From positions 1,952,001 through 2,016,000 of the forward strand of contig CM000150.2 of assembly GCA_000004695.1 (NCBI GenBank): DNA of 64,000 nucleotides, in the 5' to 3' direction. The notes under the pieces are model-generated. The model saw nothing but the letters and a program-made list of their open reading frames with translations. It did no database searches and was not told where the DNA came from. The DNA is from Dictyostelium discoideum. Its lineage: Eukaryota. Shown here piece after piece: positions 53,126 through 63,900 of the stretch (its first letter is position 1; every line of letters begins with the position of its first letter). The position numbers and the translations under genes were made by a program.

Positions 53126-54939
53126 CTAATGGATTTCGATAAAGCAATATTAAATTATAAAAAATAAAAAAAAAAAAACAATTCAAATAGATGGTTTCAT
53201 TAAAAGAATATTTTAAAAAAGATTAAGGTTTTTATTTTAAAGAATTTTTATATTGATTTCGTAAAGGAAATCATTAAATGTTTTTAAAAAATGGTTTTGA
53301 ATTAAATGATAGCTAAATATTTCTTTACCAAGCTTCTTCAGCTCAATCTTTAATGAGTTCATAACCTTCTTCTGCAGTGATTCTAATTCCATCACCTACT
53401 TCACGTGTAGTATTGCCGATACCATCACCTACATCATGTGCAGTATCACCCCATGCTCATATCTAGATGCATTATCGGAACTTGGAAAAAAAAAGGATTA
53501 TGAACATGGTTTTGATTTCTCTGTTGAATTAAATGAAGATGGTAGCCTTCCAGATTTTCCAAATACTTTAGATCATTAAAACTGATAAAAAAAAAAAAAA
53601 AAATTAAAAAAAAAAAATAAAGATCATTACATAAACAAAACCAATTAAGGTTTTATTTTTTTTATTTTTATTGTTATCATTTTTTTTTTTAATTTATTGG
53701 AATCAATTTGGTATTCGATTTCAGCAGCAGCAATATATTCTTTTTTGGTATTCATTATTTCATTTTAAAAAAAAAAAATTAATAAAACATTATTAATATT
53801 TTTTTTTTAAAAATAGTTTTTTTTTTTTTTTTGAAATAGAATTAAAAAAAAAATTTAAGGAACTGGGATATTATTAACCATTATTCTTTTAGTACATATT
53901 TTTTTAATGGTGATTTTTTTTCCTCTCAAAAAGGTGCTAGTTAAAAAAAAAAAAAAAATAAAAAAAAAAAAAAGAAAAGCATTGATTAAAAATTTCATTG
54001 CCATAAAAATTAAATTGTCTTAGTTGGCACCTGAGATATTTTTTTTTTTTAAAAAAAAAAATTTTTTGATTGATTGGAAGATATTTTTTTTTTTTCCTTT
54101 TTTTTTTTTGGTAATTATTAGACAACCACAAACTCAAAGAGAGATTTACACAATAATTTATGATATTGCTTGTCCACATATACCAGGTACGGAGAATCCA
54201 AAATCATCTTTTAAATTTATGGACAGGTCCCATCTTCTTTAGGTTTTAATGATGCATAAAGCATTGCAGTACTCTTGTATTTGTCAAAAGATTCTACCAA
54301 ATCGGAGATATATTCGGCCGTGCTGCCATCAGGAATCTCTAAATCAAAAAGTGGTTCATATGTTCTCCAATCATTTAAATCATCTGAGAAATTCATATTC
54401 CGTTGCTTTTTTATGTGAGTTTTACTTGTTTTTTTTTTTCAAATTTTCATTTTATTTTTTTTTTTTATTTTTTTTTTTTCCAAATAAAAAAAATGTTTTT
54501 CGAATTTTTATTTTATTTTATTTTTATTTTTTTTATTTTTTTATTCTTTTATTTTTGTAATGTTGATGAATGATTGAATTAAAAATATAATTTACAAAAT
54601 TTTAATAAACTTATTTTTTTCAAGTTTTATTTTTATTCTTATTTTTATTTTTTATTTTTTAATTTTTTTTTATTTTATTTTTTTTATTTTTATTTTTATT
54701 TTTTTTTTTATTTTTTTATTTATTTTTTTTATTTTATTTTTTTATTTTTTGTAATATTAATGAATAATTGAATTAAAAATAATATACAAAATATAAACTT
54801 ATTTTTTCAAGTTTTTATTTTTATTTTTTTCTTTTTTTCTTTTATTTTTTTTATTTTTTTTTTTTTATTTTTATTATCTTTTTTTATTATTTTATTTTTT
54901 ATTTTTTTTTCCATTTTTATGTATTTTCCTATTTTCTAT

Positions 54940-56261
54940 TTTAAATTTGATATTATGAAATTTTTCCACATTTCTAAATTAATATTATTTTTTTTGTTTA
55001 TTTTTATAAATTTTTGTAAATGTCAACGTTTTGTTGGTACTCTTCCTCCTCAAAGAATAAGTGAAATTGTTAATTTTCAATGGAATAATGATATTATGTT
55101 TATAAACAGAGGTAGAAACAGATGGCCGGATATAGAACCCTTTGATGGAAACGGAGTTTATTTCGTATTTAGGCGAATGTTCAAATCATAATGTTTCTTA
55201 GAAATTTTGAACCTCCTAAGGCTGTTCATATGGAAACTTGGTTTCTTTCTGTTTTTGGATGTCCTTATAATAGCATAATTGAAGGAGGTTTAGGTGTAGC
55301 AGCATCAGGATATGGTGCAGGTGGATGGGTTAACTTCTTTAACACTGCTGATAGACAAGATGTTGTTGACTATATTCTCACCGAGACCCTTACAAGACCT
55401 GCTGACTTTTTAGATCACCCAAATTATCCTCGTGCTCCATCAATCATCAGAAAAATAGATGAATGCGAGCAAAACCTCACAAACTTACAAAACCAAATGG
55501 TGAGCCAGCAAACTAATATTGCGGATCTTCAAACACAAAATACAAACCTACAAACTCAAGTGACTAATCTCCAGAATCAAGTAACAGATCTTCAAAATCA
55601 ACTCCAAACTCATCAAAGTGGAAATAACTTTATGGCTGAGACACTCATTTTGGCACTTCTCAAATACAATGGACCGAGTCTAATTGTTTCAAATCCACTT
55701 CTTCGTGGTTGGTATGAAGCAAGAAAAAATGGTGGTGGTGGTGGTGGCAAGTGTGGTATCGGTGGTGTTGGTGATGGTAAGAATGGTGACGGCAAAAACG
55801 GTGACGGTAAAAACGGTGCGGATGGTGCAGATGGTGCAGATGGTTAGTTAAAATCTGGCTGTACTTGTCCAGAAACCCCTCCCTGTCCAGTAGTAATTCC
55901 ATGCCCAGAGCCAGTGGTTTGTAATATAGCAAAAATTCAAATTCAATTGAATTCAACCATAAAAAGTTTGGATGAATGCAAAAAACAAAAGGACCAAACC
56001 AATGATGACCTCAACGTCTGCAAGTCCCATAAAGATGAGATACAAGATTGGCTCACCGACTGTCAAAAAGAATATGTTAAACAAACAAGTCATTCATCCA
56101 AAGATGATACTCTAATTTCTCTCAGAAACTGCCAAGCCGAATACAGAAAAGAAACATTCAAAAAAGATAAGCTCTGCCGTGGTTTGTCCAAACATATCAT
56201 TGGTTATTTAGATTTCTGTGAAGATAAGGTAGAAAAGCTGAGACTCGCTAATTGTGAATAG
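54940..56261 (+). CDS. Secreted protein gene between the IR arms: signal peptide, N/Q/T heptad coiled coil, (GDGKN)n/(GAD)n Gly-rich segment, Cys-rich C-terminus. It has a probable intron at ~55165..55220 and an in-frame TAG at 55845.
   Basis: Three collinear + ORFs cover the region: 54919.., 55191.., 55914... The signal peptide is MKFFHISKLILFFLFIFINFCKC. The coiled coil reads LTNLQNQMVSQQTNIADLQTQNTNLQTQVTNLQNQVTDLQNQLQT. Confidence 0.5.
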
Positions 56262-56439
56262 TTTTCTCATTTTTTTAAAAAAAAAAAAACAAAAAAAAAA
56301 AAAATCATACAATGATTTCCCTTTATGAAATCAATAAAAAATTCTTTAAATAAAATTTTTAATCTTATTTTAAAAAAATTCTTTTAATGAAATCCATTAT
56401 TTTCATTTTTTATAATTTTATTGAACTTTATTGAAAATA

Positions 56440-57057
56440 ATTAGATATTGTTATTTCCAATGGTTTTAGATTGATAACGGTATAGATGTGACCATTACAT
56501 AGAAAACTATTAAAAATTGAGCCAAAGAAAAATCAACGATTTTTAATGGTTGTTCAAAGATTTCCTATAGAAACCATTATTTACCCTATGATTCTCTATA
56601 GAATTCCTAGCTAATGGATTTTCCAATGACCATTAATATAAAATCATTAGAAAGAAACAAAAATGTAACGAATCAAAGAAAATTTAAAATGATTTTTTTA
56701 AAAATAATTCAAAACCAATGTCATAAAATAAAAATTCTCAATTATTAAATATAAACATGTATAAATCATTAGGTTTATTTTTAAAAAAAAACGATGGGTC
56801 CCCGACAAAAAAAAGAAATTGAAGCAGATCCTGAAACGGTCAAATTAATTAAAATTAAAAAAGCACAACAAAGAATGGCTGAACAAGAAGAAAGAAGAAG
56901 GTTGATGCAAGAAGAAAGTGAAAGAAGACGATTGCAAAGAAACAGAGAAAGACAAGAGCCAATTAGAACTTATGCAACTGCACAAGAAGCTCAAAGATAT
57001 ATACCCAAACCTGGTAACTTTGCACGTAAAAGAGGTGCAAGAAATTAAAAAAAGAAA
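56440..57057. repeat. Right arm of the inverted repeat (partner 52445-53125).
   Basis: Landmark matches include ATAACGGTATAGATGTGACC vs GGGTCACATCTATACCGTTAT. The coding segments correspond. Confidence 0.8.
56794..57048 (+). CDS. Small basic coiled-coil protein (84 aa) encoded in the right IR arm.
   Basis: It reads MGPRQKKEIEADPETVKLIKIKKAQQRMAEQEERRRLMQEESERRRLQRNRERQEPIRTYATAQEAQRYIPKPGNFARKRGARN. Confidence 0.5.
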   Translation: MGPRQKKEIEADPETVKLIKIKKAQQRMAEQEERRRLMQEESERRRLQRNRERQEPIRTYATAQEAQRYIPKPGNFARKRGARN

Positions 57058-57230
57058 AAAATAAAAATAATTAAAAGAAATAAAAAAAAAAAAAAAAATT
57101 AAAAATTAAAAATTTAAAAAAAAAAAAATAAACTAGATCTCTTATATAAGAGTTATAAAAAAAAAAATAAAAGTAAAATAAAATAAAAAAATTTAAAACA
57201 GTTCTTTTTATTTAATTAACACTTTTTTTT

Positions 57231-57689
57231 CTATTCATCTTCTTCAGAATCAGGTAGGTTTTTTGCATCAAAATCACATTGTACACCAGGTGGCAATTCA
57301 CATAATCTAACAGGCTTTCCATCTTTAATACCAACTTTCATTGCTTTTATGACCATTCTAGCATATTCATCTTGGGGAGAGATAGGGGGTGGAGTACTGA
57401 AAAATTCTCGATACATCCAAATATCACATCCTCGAGGATTTTTTCCCAAGTTATATTCAAAAATTCTGCTGTCACTGTAATATTTGTTTATAGTCTCAAT
57501 ATAACGTTCGAATGTTATTCTATAAATCTCCTTCATTTTTTCTTTACATTCCTCTGTGCAGTAACCAGGCTGAATCTTTGGAAACTCATCTTGATCTAGT
57601 AATTCATCAAGGTAAAGAGTGAAATCTTCACTTTTTTTAAGCTTTCTTAAAGAAAATTCATCATGTTGGCAACAATATTTACTTGTCAT
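57231..57689 (-). CDS. Small Cys-containing protein (152 aa), the intact member of a local paralog family.
   Basis: The ORF is complete. The conserved skeleton C..HD.FS..KLKK...EFP.I...C..ECK.KMKEIYRITFE.Y is shared with 50300-50830 and with the Tdd-4-split gene. It has an acidic tail. Confidence 0.55.
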   Translation of the reverse strand: MTSKYCCQHDEFSLRKLKKSEDFTLYLDELLDQDEFPKIQPGYCTEECKEKMKEIYRITFERYIETINKYYSDSRIFEYNLGKNPRGCDIWMYREFFSTPPPISPQDEYARMVIKAMKVGIKDGKPVRLCELPPGVQCDFDAKNLPDSEEDE

Positions 57690-57982
57690 TTTTATTTAAA
57701 ATTATACGTTATTAAATAAATAAAAAATAAATTAAAAAAAAAAATGGGTTAAAAATTGAAGTAAAAAAAAAAAAAATGAAAAAAAAATGAAAATAAAAAT
57801 TATTGACTTTTTTCCCACAGAAATGAGAAAAATAAATGAAATAAATAAAGACAAAAATAGAAAAAAAAAAACAAATTTTTTTAAAATGGGTGTAATTTTT
57901 ATATAATTTTTTATTTTTATTAATGGCTAATGGTGCGACAAGGGTAAGGGCTACAGTATGCAGTAATGGTGGCTATTCATCA

Positions 57983-58195
57983 TCACTCTTCTTCTTTTGA
58001 TTCACTTTCTCCTTCTGAATCGGTTAGACCAGTTGTTTCAATTTCTACATCTACACCCCTTGGCACGTCACATAATCTAACTAGTTTACCATTAAGTATT
58101 CCCGCTTTCATAGTTTTTAAAATACTATCACGGTACTCCGGATCAATCTTCTCCTCTTCTAAACAATCATTGTATGTCTGACAGCCAACTGTCAT
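57983..58195 (-). pseudogene. C-terminal half of a family member disrupted by the Tdd-4-like insertion (…MTVGCQTYNDC…KLVRLCDVPRGVDVEIE…EEE*).
   Basis: It lies immediately adjacent to the left TIR/TSD. It aligns with the C-terminal half of 57231..57689. Confidence 0.6.
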
Positions 58196-58341
58196 TGTTG
58201 TAGGGAATTTTCCATAAAATTTCACTACAGTAGCGTAGTGAATTTTATTATTTAATTTCACTACAGTAGCGTAGTGAAAAAAAAAAATCACTGACCTTAA
58301 ATTTTTTTTTTTTTCAAAAAACAAATAAAGTTTATTAAATT
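58196..58341. repeat. Left TIR of the Tdd-4-like element.
   Basis: It is the reverse complement of 62654-62799, with 4 small differences over 146 bp. Confidence 0.85.
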
Positions 58342-58398
58342 GAAATTTTATTTTTTGTTTTAATTATTATTTTATTTATTTTTATTATAATTATTGTT

Positions 58399-58438
<40 letters not shown>

Positions 58439-58879
58439 CAATTTTTTTTTTTTAAATTTTTTTCAATTTTTATTTGTTTATTAAATTGTAATTTTATTTT
58501 TTGTTTTAATTATTATTTTATTTATTATTATTGTTAATTTTTTTTTTTTTTCAATTTTTTTTTTTTTAATTTATTTTTATTAATTTATTTTTATTAACTC
58601 CCTGAGTTGTTCAATTGCTTGATTTACCATATCACTGTAAACACTGCACACAATTGAATTTTTTCTAGCTTTGTTACCTCTGGTGCATTTGATGTTTTTG
58701 CATTTTCACAGCGAAGAAAAAACCACCTTTAAATTCGCTTTAAATTAAATTTAAATTTGCTTTAAAGTCCTGAATTAAAGCAATTTTAAAGGTAATTTTA
58801 AAGGTAATTTATAAGGTTACTTTAAAATCACCTTAAAAATTACCTTTAAAATTACCTTTAAAATTACCTTTTTAATGGC

Positions 58880-59035
58880 TTTAAAAGCGAGGTCCTGAGT
58901 TCGAAGCCGTTATTTAACGGATAAATTTTTTAAAATTTTTTTTTTAATTTTTCAAAAATTACCAAAAGGGATTCGATCCCCCGACCCTCTATCAAAGGGT
59001 AGTCTCATCAACCATTACACCATTTGATTGCTTTG
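58880..59035. other. tRNA-like remnants (T-arm/B-box-like GAGTTCGAAGCC and GGATTCGATCCC; a Gln/Ile-like D/anticodon segment on the minus strand) inside the Tdd-4-like element, flanked by 12-bp tandem repeats (ACCTTTAAAATT)n.
   Basis: Partial cloverleaf elements but no complete acceptor stem. The flanks 58740-58870 and 59120-59420 are degenerate direct repeats. Confidence 0.3.
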
Positions 59036-59974
59036 ATGAAAAATTTAAAAATGATAGAATATTTTATCCCCATTTTTTTTTTCTAAAATTAGATCTTTTT
59101 TATTAAAAACCTTAAATTTATGTTTAAAGGAAATTTAAATTCACTTTAAATCTACTTTAAATATACTTTAAATCCTATTTAAAATTAATTTAAAATAAAT
59201 TTTAAAGGTATTTTTAAATATCTTAAAAATTATCTTAAAAATTACCTTAAAAATTACCTTTAAAATCACCTTTAAAATCACCTTTAAAATTGCTTAAAAA
59301 TTTATTTTAAAGCAAATTTTAAAGGCATTTTTAAATATCTTAAAAATTACCTTAAAAATTACCTTAAAAATGAATTTTTTAAACGCGGCTTTAAATTCAA
59401 TTTAAATCCAATTTAAATCAACTTTTCTTTAAATTTGCTTTAAAGGTGCATTTTTCTTTGCTGTGTTCCTTTGTATACAAAAAAGTCCAAATATAATTCG
59501 TTTTCTATTACAGTTTTTACACAATGTTGGTGAAATTGTTTTGATTTTAATTCTAATGCTTCTAACATCATATTTGGATTTTTAACGATTAAAGCATCAC
59601 CACTATTTACATATAGTACTTTGGCTGCTTTTTCGAGGAATTTAGTCAAATTTTCCTCTGAATCTAACTATTCTTCATTGCCATATTCAATGGCTAAATT
59701 TCTTAAGAGTTTTATCGAATCTATTAATTCTTCGATCATTCTTTTTTTTTGAAATTTTTTTTTATTTTGTTTTTTCAATTTTTTTTTTTTATTTTGTTTT
59801 TTCAATTTTTTTTAAGTTTTATTTTTTTTTATTTTTTTTTATTTTTTTTAACAAATGTAATTTTTTTTTATTTTTTTCAATTTTTTTTTTTTTTAATTTT
59901 TAATTTTTTTTTTTTTTTTTAATTTTTTGTGTTGATTTGTGTTTTTTTTGTTTTTTTGATTTGGCCACTTGTTT

Positions 59975-60961
59975 TTATTTTCTAATTTCCCCATACCCCC
60001 TTCTATTAATTGCAACCAAATCAAGTTCTAATTTTTGTGTCCTTGTTAACTTTGTTTTTGCAACTTTTTTTGAAGGTATCACATTAACGATTTTTCCTAT
60101 TGATGGTGATTTGGAAGGTGATTTAAATGGTGATTTAAAAGGTGAATTGGAAGGTGATTTAAATGGTGAATTGGAAGGTGAAATGGATGGTGATTTGGAA
60201 GGTGATTTAAATGGTGATTTGGAAGGTGATTTAAATGGTGATTTAAATGGTGAATTGGAAGGTGAAATGGATGGTGATTTGAGAGGTGATTTGGATGGTT
60301 TAGAATGTGATTTTAAAGGAGGTTTATTAACAATTGGTATCTTATGAGGACGGCCTCTGAGACGTTTAACAGTTGTTACTATACCACTACCAGATTGTGG
60401 TATAGTATACGATGGTATTATTTGCACTTGAGGTATTGGTGGTACTATTTCTTTTAAATTCATATCCTTTCTCAAACAATTCATTAAATTTGGCGCTGTT
60501 GGATTATTATTTAAAAATGGGAGTATTTCTTCTTGTTCCATTTCATTATTGAGTTTGTGTTGAAATGGATTATCGTTAATGATAGGTGGAATATTTGATG
60601 GATTGTTAAGAGCATCTTCCAAAACCCTAAATGGATCATTTTGTGTTACCAATTGATGCAAGTTGAAATTGGATAAATCCTTACCAAGATTTTTAATAAA
60701 CTGAACCAGAAATTCAATAACTTTCCCATCATTATTTAAATAAAGACCAGAAGTAAAAGAATCAATATCTTTTTGTATGTTTGGCGATGTTCTAAAAATA
60801 TCAACTGTTGATTGTTTATAAAGAACCAACTTGTTACCTCCTACAAAACCAGAGTATAAACCTTTTTTTTGAAGGCTATTGATTCCATCTTCCAAAAATT
60901 CAAGTTTATAAAGTTGTTTAGTGTCTTCCTGTATTACCTTATGAATTTTACACAAAATCAA
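59975..60961 (-). CDS. Transposon-internal ORF (328 aa) with an AT-hook (RLRGRPHK) and 14 tandem SPxK/SPFK repeats, likely DNA-binding.
   Basis: The ORF is complete. The tail reads KSPLKSPSISPSNSPFKSPFKSPSKSP..., which is histone-H1-like SPKK. Confidence 0.5.
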   Translation of the reverse strand: MILCKIHKVIQEDTKQLYKLEFLEDGINSLQKKGLYSGFVGGNKLVLYKQSTVDIFRTSPNIQKDIDSFTSGLYLNNDGKVIEFLVQFIKNLGKDLSNFNLHQLVTQNDPFRVLEDALNNPSNIPPIINDNPFQHKLNNEMEQEEILPFLNNNPTAPNLMNCLRKDMNLKEIVPPIPQVQIIPSYTIPQSGSGIVTTVKRLRGRPHKIPIVNKPPLKSHSKPSKSPLKSPSISPSNSPFKSPFKSPSKSPFKSPSKSPSISPSNSPFKSPSNSPFKSPFKSPSKSPSIGKIVNVIPSKKVAKTKLTRTQKLELDLVAINRRGYGEIRK

Positions 60962-61031
60962 TATTTTCTATTAGAATTAAATATAAAATTTGTTAATTAT
61001 TACTGTTTCATATATTATTAATCTTTATGTT

Positions 61032-62268
61032 TTAATTACTTACATTATTTTTTTTAATTTCTAGAAAGAGTACAGTATCACCAACTTTCAATCCCTTTGG
61101 TGGTTTTGAATTCCATTGATTTTGGTAACTTGTGAGATTTTCAAGAATAATAGCTGTTCTTTCTTCTTTTGAAACATCTGAAACACCAATTGATTGAGAG
61201 TCTTGTTCTGATTGAACATTAATAAACAAAGGAACAATACCAACAGCTTGAGATGGTGTCATTTTAATTGTTCTTGTTTTTGTATTATTGTAATCATACA
61301 AAGCTTGTTTTAATAGTTCAGAAAGAGACCTAGAAGTACCATCAAGAAAACTAAAATTTATTTATAAATGATTAATTAATAAACATATCGATAATTTATA
61401 TTGTTCACAATATCATACTCTTGTTGTTTTAATTTTGAGATCCTCTCCTTGATAGTTCGATTCAATCTTTCTACCATACCTTGAGTTGTTGGTGTACGAG
61501 GAGCTCCATGTGCTGACTTGGAGCCTGGAAAAAGTTTTAGGAATTCTTTTTGGACTTTGTTTTTAAATTCACGTCCATTATCGCAGTGCCATACTTTCAC
61601 AGGTTTGCCAAAGTACGTGAGAGCCAAAAAATTGTATATGGGAACTGTTCTCTTTGTTGTCAAACATCTAAAAAATAAATGATAATTAAAATAAAAAAAG
61701 AAAACTAATAAATTAATAAATAAAAAATAAATACCTTCCAGTAGCAAATTTTGTAAAAGAATCTATGCATAGAATAATGTAAACAACATCGGTGTCGTAC
61801 GGTTGTACAGAGTCATATTGGATAAGATCATCTAGTTTAGTTAGTATCTTTTCATTATCATCATCGTATGTAACTTTTTCTTTATGTTCACCTTTAATTG
61901 ATGTTAAATCATAAACCAATCTTGAGTATTCCTCGGTATCTACAATTGGAGCAAAATCCTTTGTTATACCTATTAATTTATTTAAATTATTAAAAGAGTT
62001 TTAATATAAAAGTTACAAAACATCATATAAAAATGATTGATACCAAACCTTTTATTCTATTTCGTTGGCAAATGTCACACGTATCTACTGCATCAGATAC
62101 AAAAGAATACAATCCCATATTATAATATTTAGTCTTGTAGTTCCCATAGGTTGCATCTCTTCCTATATGACCTTTATGCATTTCTTCCCAGAGTGATACC
62201 ATTCTATAATCATTAATTACTTCTAAACACACTTCTTTTGATATATTTCTATCTCCGCCACAATTCAT
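61032..62268 (-). CDS. Retroviral-type (c-)integrase gene of the transposon. Exons in order: HHCC zinc finger (62023..62268), DDE core part 1 (61713..61919), DDE core part 2 (61376..61747), C-terminal GDTVLF domain (61032..61301). Intron boundaries are not resolved.
   Basis: The zinc finger is H-x2-H ... C-x2-C (HKGHIGRDATYG...CDICQRNR). The catalytic D's are DTDVVYIILCID and HCDNGREF. The catalytic E is PRTPTTQGMVERLNRTIKE. Confidence 0.7.
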
Positions 62269-62487
62269 GACTTTTTTTTCAATTCTAAATAATTTTTCTT
62301 TTCTGTTTCTGTTTTTTATTGGTCAGAATTTAAAAAATGATTGTGTTATTGTAAGGAAAAATATTTACTCATCATGTAAAAATTTATAATTTTTATGTTT
62401 AGTATTTTCAAAATTATTATCTTCAATAAATTTTAAATAATTTATAATTTCATTTATTTTATCTTGTTTCATTTTGGGAAAATGAAA

Positions 62488-62522
<35 letters not shown>

Positions 62523-62653
62523 TGTTGGGGAAAAAAAAAAAAAGTTTTGGCGCAAAAAAAAAAAAAAAAATAAAATAAAAAAAAAAAAAAATAAAATAAA
62601 AAAAAAAAAAAATAAAAAAACTTATATAGAACTAATAATCAAATAAAAGATAA

Positions 62654-62799
62654 TAATTTAATAAACTTTATTTGTTTTTTGAAAAAAAAAAAATTTAGGG
62701 TCAGTGATTTTTTTTTTTCACTACGCTACTGTAGTGAAATTAAATAATAAAATTCACTACGCTACTGTAGTGAAATTTTATTGAAAATTCCCTACAACA
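62654..62799. repeat. Right TIR of the Tdd-4-like element.
   Basis: As above. Confidence 0.85.
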
Positions 62800-63056
62800 G
62801 TCATTATTGGTGGGTCTGGGAAACTTTTGAATATTTTACAATCATCATAGTAATTATTAACTGCCTTGAGATATCCTTCGAAAGTTATCCTATAAATTTC
62901 TTTCATTTTTTTTTTACATTCTTTTGTACAGAGTCTATTTATCTCAGGGAATCTATCCTGGTCAAATAATTTATCATCGTATAAAAAGGGGCCAAGTTTT
63001 TTAAGGTTTTCTATTGAAAAGCGGTCATGTCCGCATCCACCTACTTTTCTCAACAT
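62800..63056 (-). pseudogene. N-terminal half of the same disrupted family member (MLRKVGGCGHDRFSIENLKK…KIFKSFPDPPIMT).
   Basis: It abuts the right TIR/TSD. Joining it to 57983..58195 across the TSD restores a full-length homolog. Confidence 0.6.
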
Positions 63057-63221
63057 AATTTGTTGTGTGAAAATAAAAAAAAAAATTAAAAAAATAAATT
63101 AAAAAATAAATTAAAAAAAAATTAAAAAAAATAAATTAAAAAAATAAAAAATAAAATTTAAGTTTTTATTCATCTATAAAAACACAAAAAATTTTGATAA
63201 TATTAATAATTATAATTAAAA

Positions 63222-63446
63222 ATGTTTAACAGACTGTTATATCTATATTTTTTATTAGCTTTATATTTTAACCATATCCATTGCCTGGAAAAATATGCGT
63301 CGAAATTTTACAGACCACCAACAGCAGTACACAGACAAACTGGTTACCCATGGGTTTGTACAAGATATTTGGATGATACTAAAGAAGTGGTACAAAAAGA
63401 ATGCAAACACCCGGGTATATATTTAATTTTTGTAAATTCACCATAG
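63222..63446 (+). CDS. Secreted small protein (signal peptide MFNRLLYLYFLLALYFNHIHC) whose 3' region is interrupted at ~63473 by a second TIR element.
   Basis: The ORF is complete. It is a paralog of the frameshifted 51314-52460 gene. Confidence 0.45.
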   Translation: MFNRLLYLYFLLALYFNHIHCLEKYASKFYRPPTAVHRQTGYPWVCTRYLDDTKEVVQKECKHPGIYLIFVNSP

Positions 63447-63472
63447 TCTACCTCTTTGGTTAATTTGTTCCA

Positions 63473-63696
63473 TACACCTATGTTGTAGGGAATTTTTTTT
63501 GAAATTTCGCTTTCTAAACGGCAGTGAATTTTTACACTAAAATACACTGTTTATGCATGGTGTAAAAATTCACTAAATTTTTTTTTTTTTATAATTAAAT
63601 TAAAAAACAATTTATTTAATCAGAAAAATAAAAAACCAATTTTATTCAGTTATTTGCTTGTTATTTATTTTTTTATAACAAAAAAATTTAGTTTGC

Positions 63697-63754
<58 letters not shown>

Positions 63755-63837
63755 CAATTATTTTTTTCAATTTTTTTTTTTATCGATTGTTTCATTTTTG
63801 GGGAATAAAATAAAATTGTTCGATAAAAAAAAAATTG

Positions 63838-63900
<63 letters not shown>

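Larger units (their letters stand above)
58196..62799 (-). mobile_element. Tdd-4-like DNA transposon (4604 bp). It has 146-bp terminal inverted repeats (~97% identical) and a 5-bp TSD GTCAT (58191-58195 and 62800-62804). Its multi-exon integrase gene is on the minus strand.
   Basis: The TIR starts TGTTGTAGGGAATTTTCCATAAAATTTCACTACAGTAGCGTAGTGAA... at both ends, with an 8-bp stem-loop motif repeated twice. The integrase domains are in order. The published Tdd-4 has 145-bp ITRs and a 5-bp TSD. Confidence 0.85.

Noticed and set aside
54222-54401. A 59-aa minus-strand ORF (MNFSDDLNDWRTYEPLFDLEIPDGSTAEYISDL...).
   Set aside because: It is too short and has no recognisable similarity or supporting signals. 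It is mentioned only as a possible small gene.
58955-59035. A possible intact tRNA (Gln/Ile-like) on the minus strand.
   Set aside because: The D-stem and acceptor stem do not pair, and the T-stem needs G·T wobbles plus an odd variable loop. I treat it as a tRNA-derived remnant only.
59937-60347. The + ORF 59937..60347 (GDLEGDLNGDL repeats).
   Set aside because: It is antisense of the SPxK-repeat region of the transposon-internal ORF 59975..60961.
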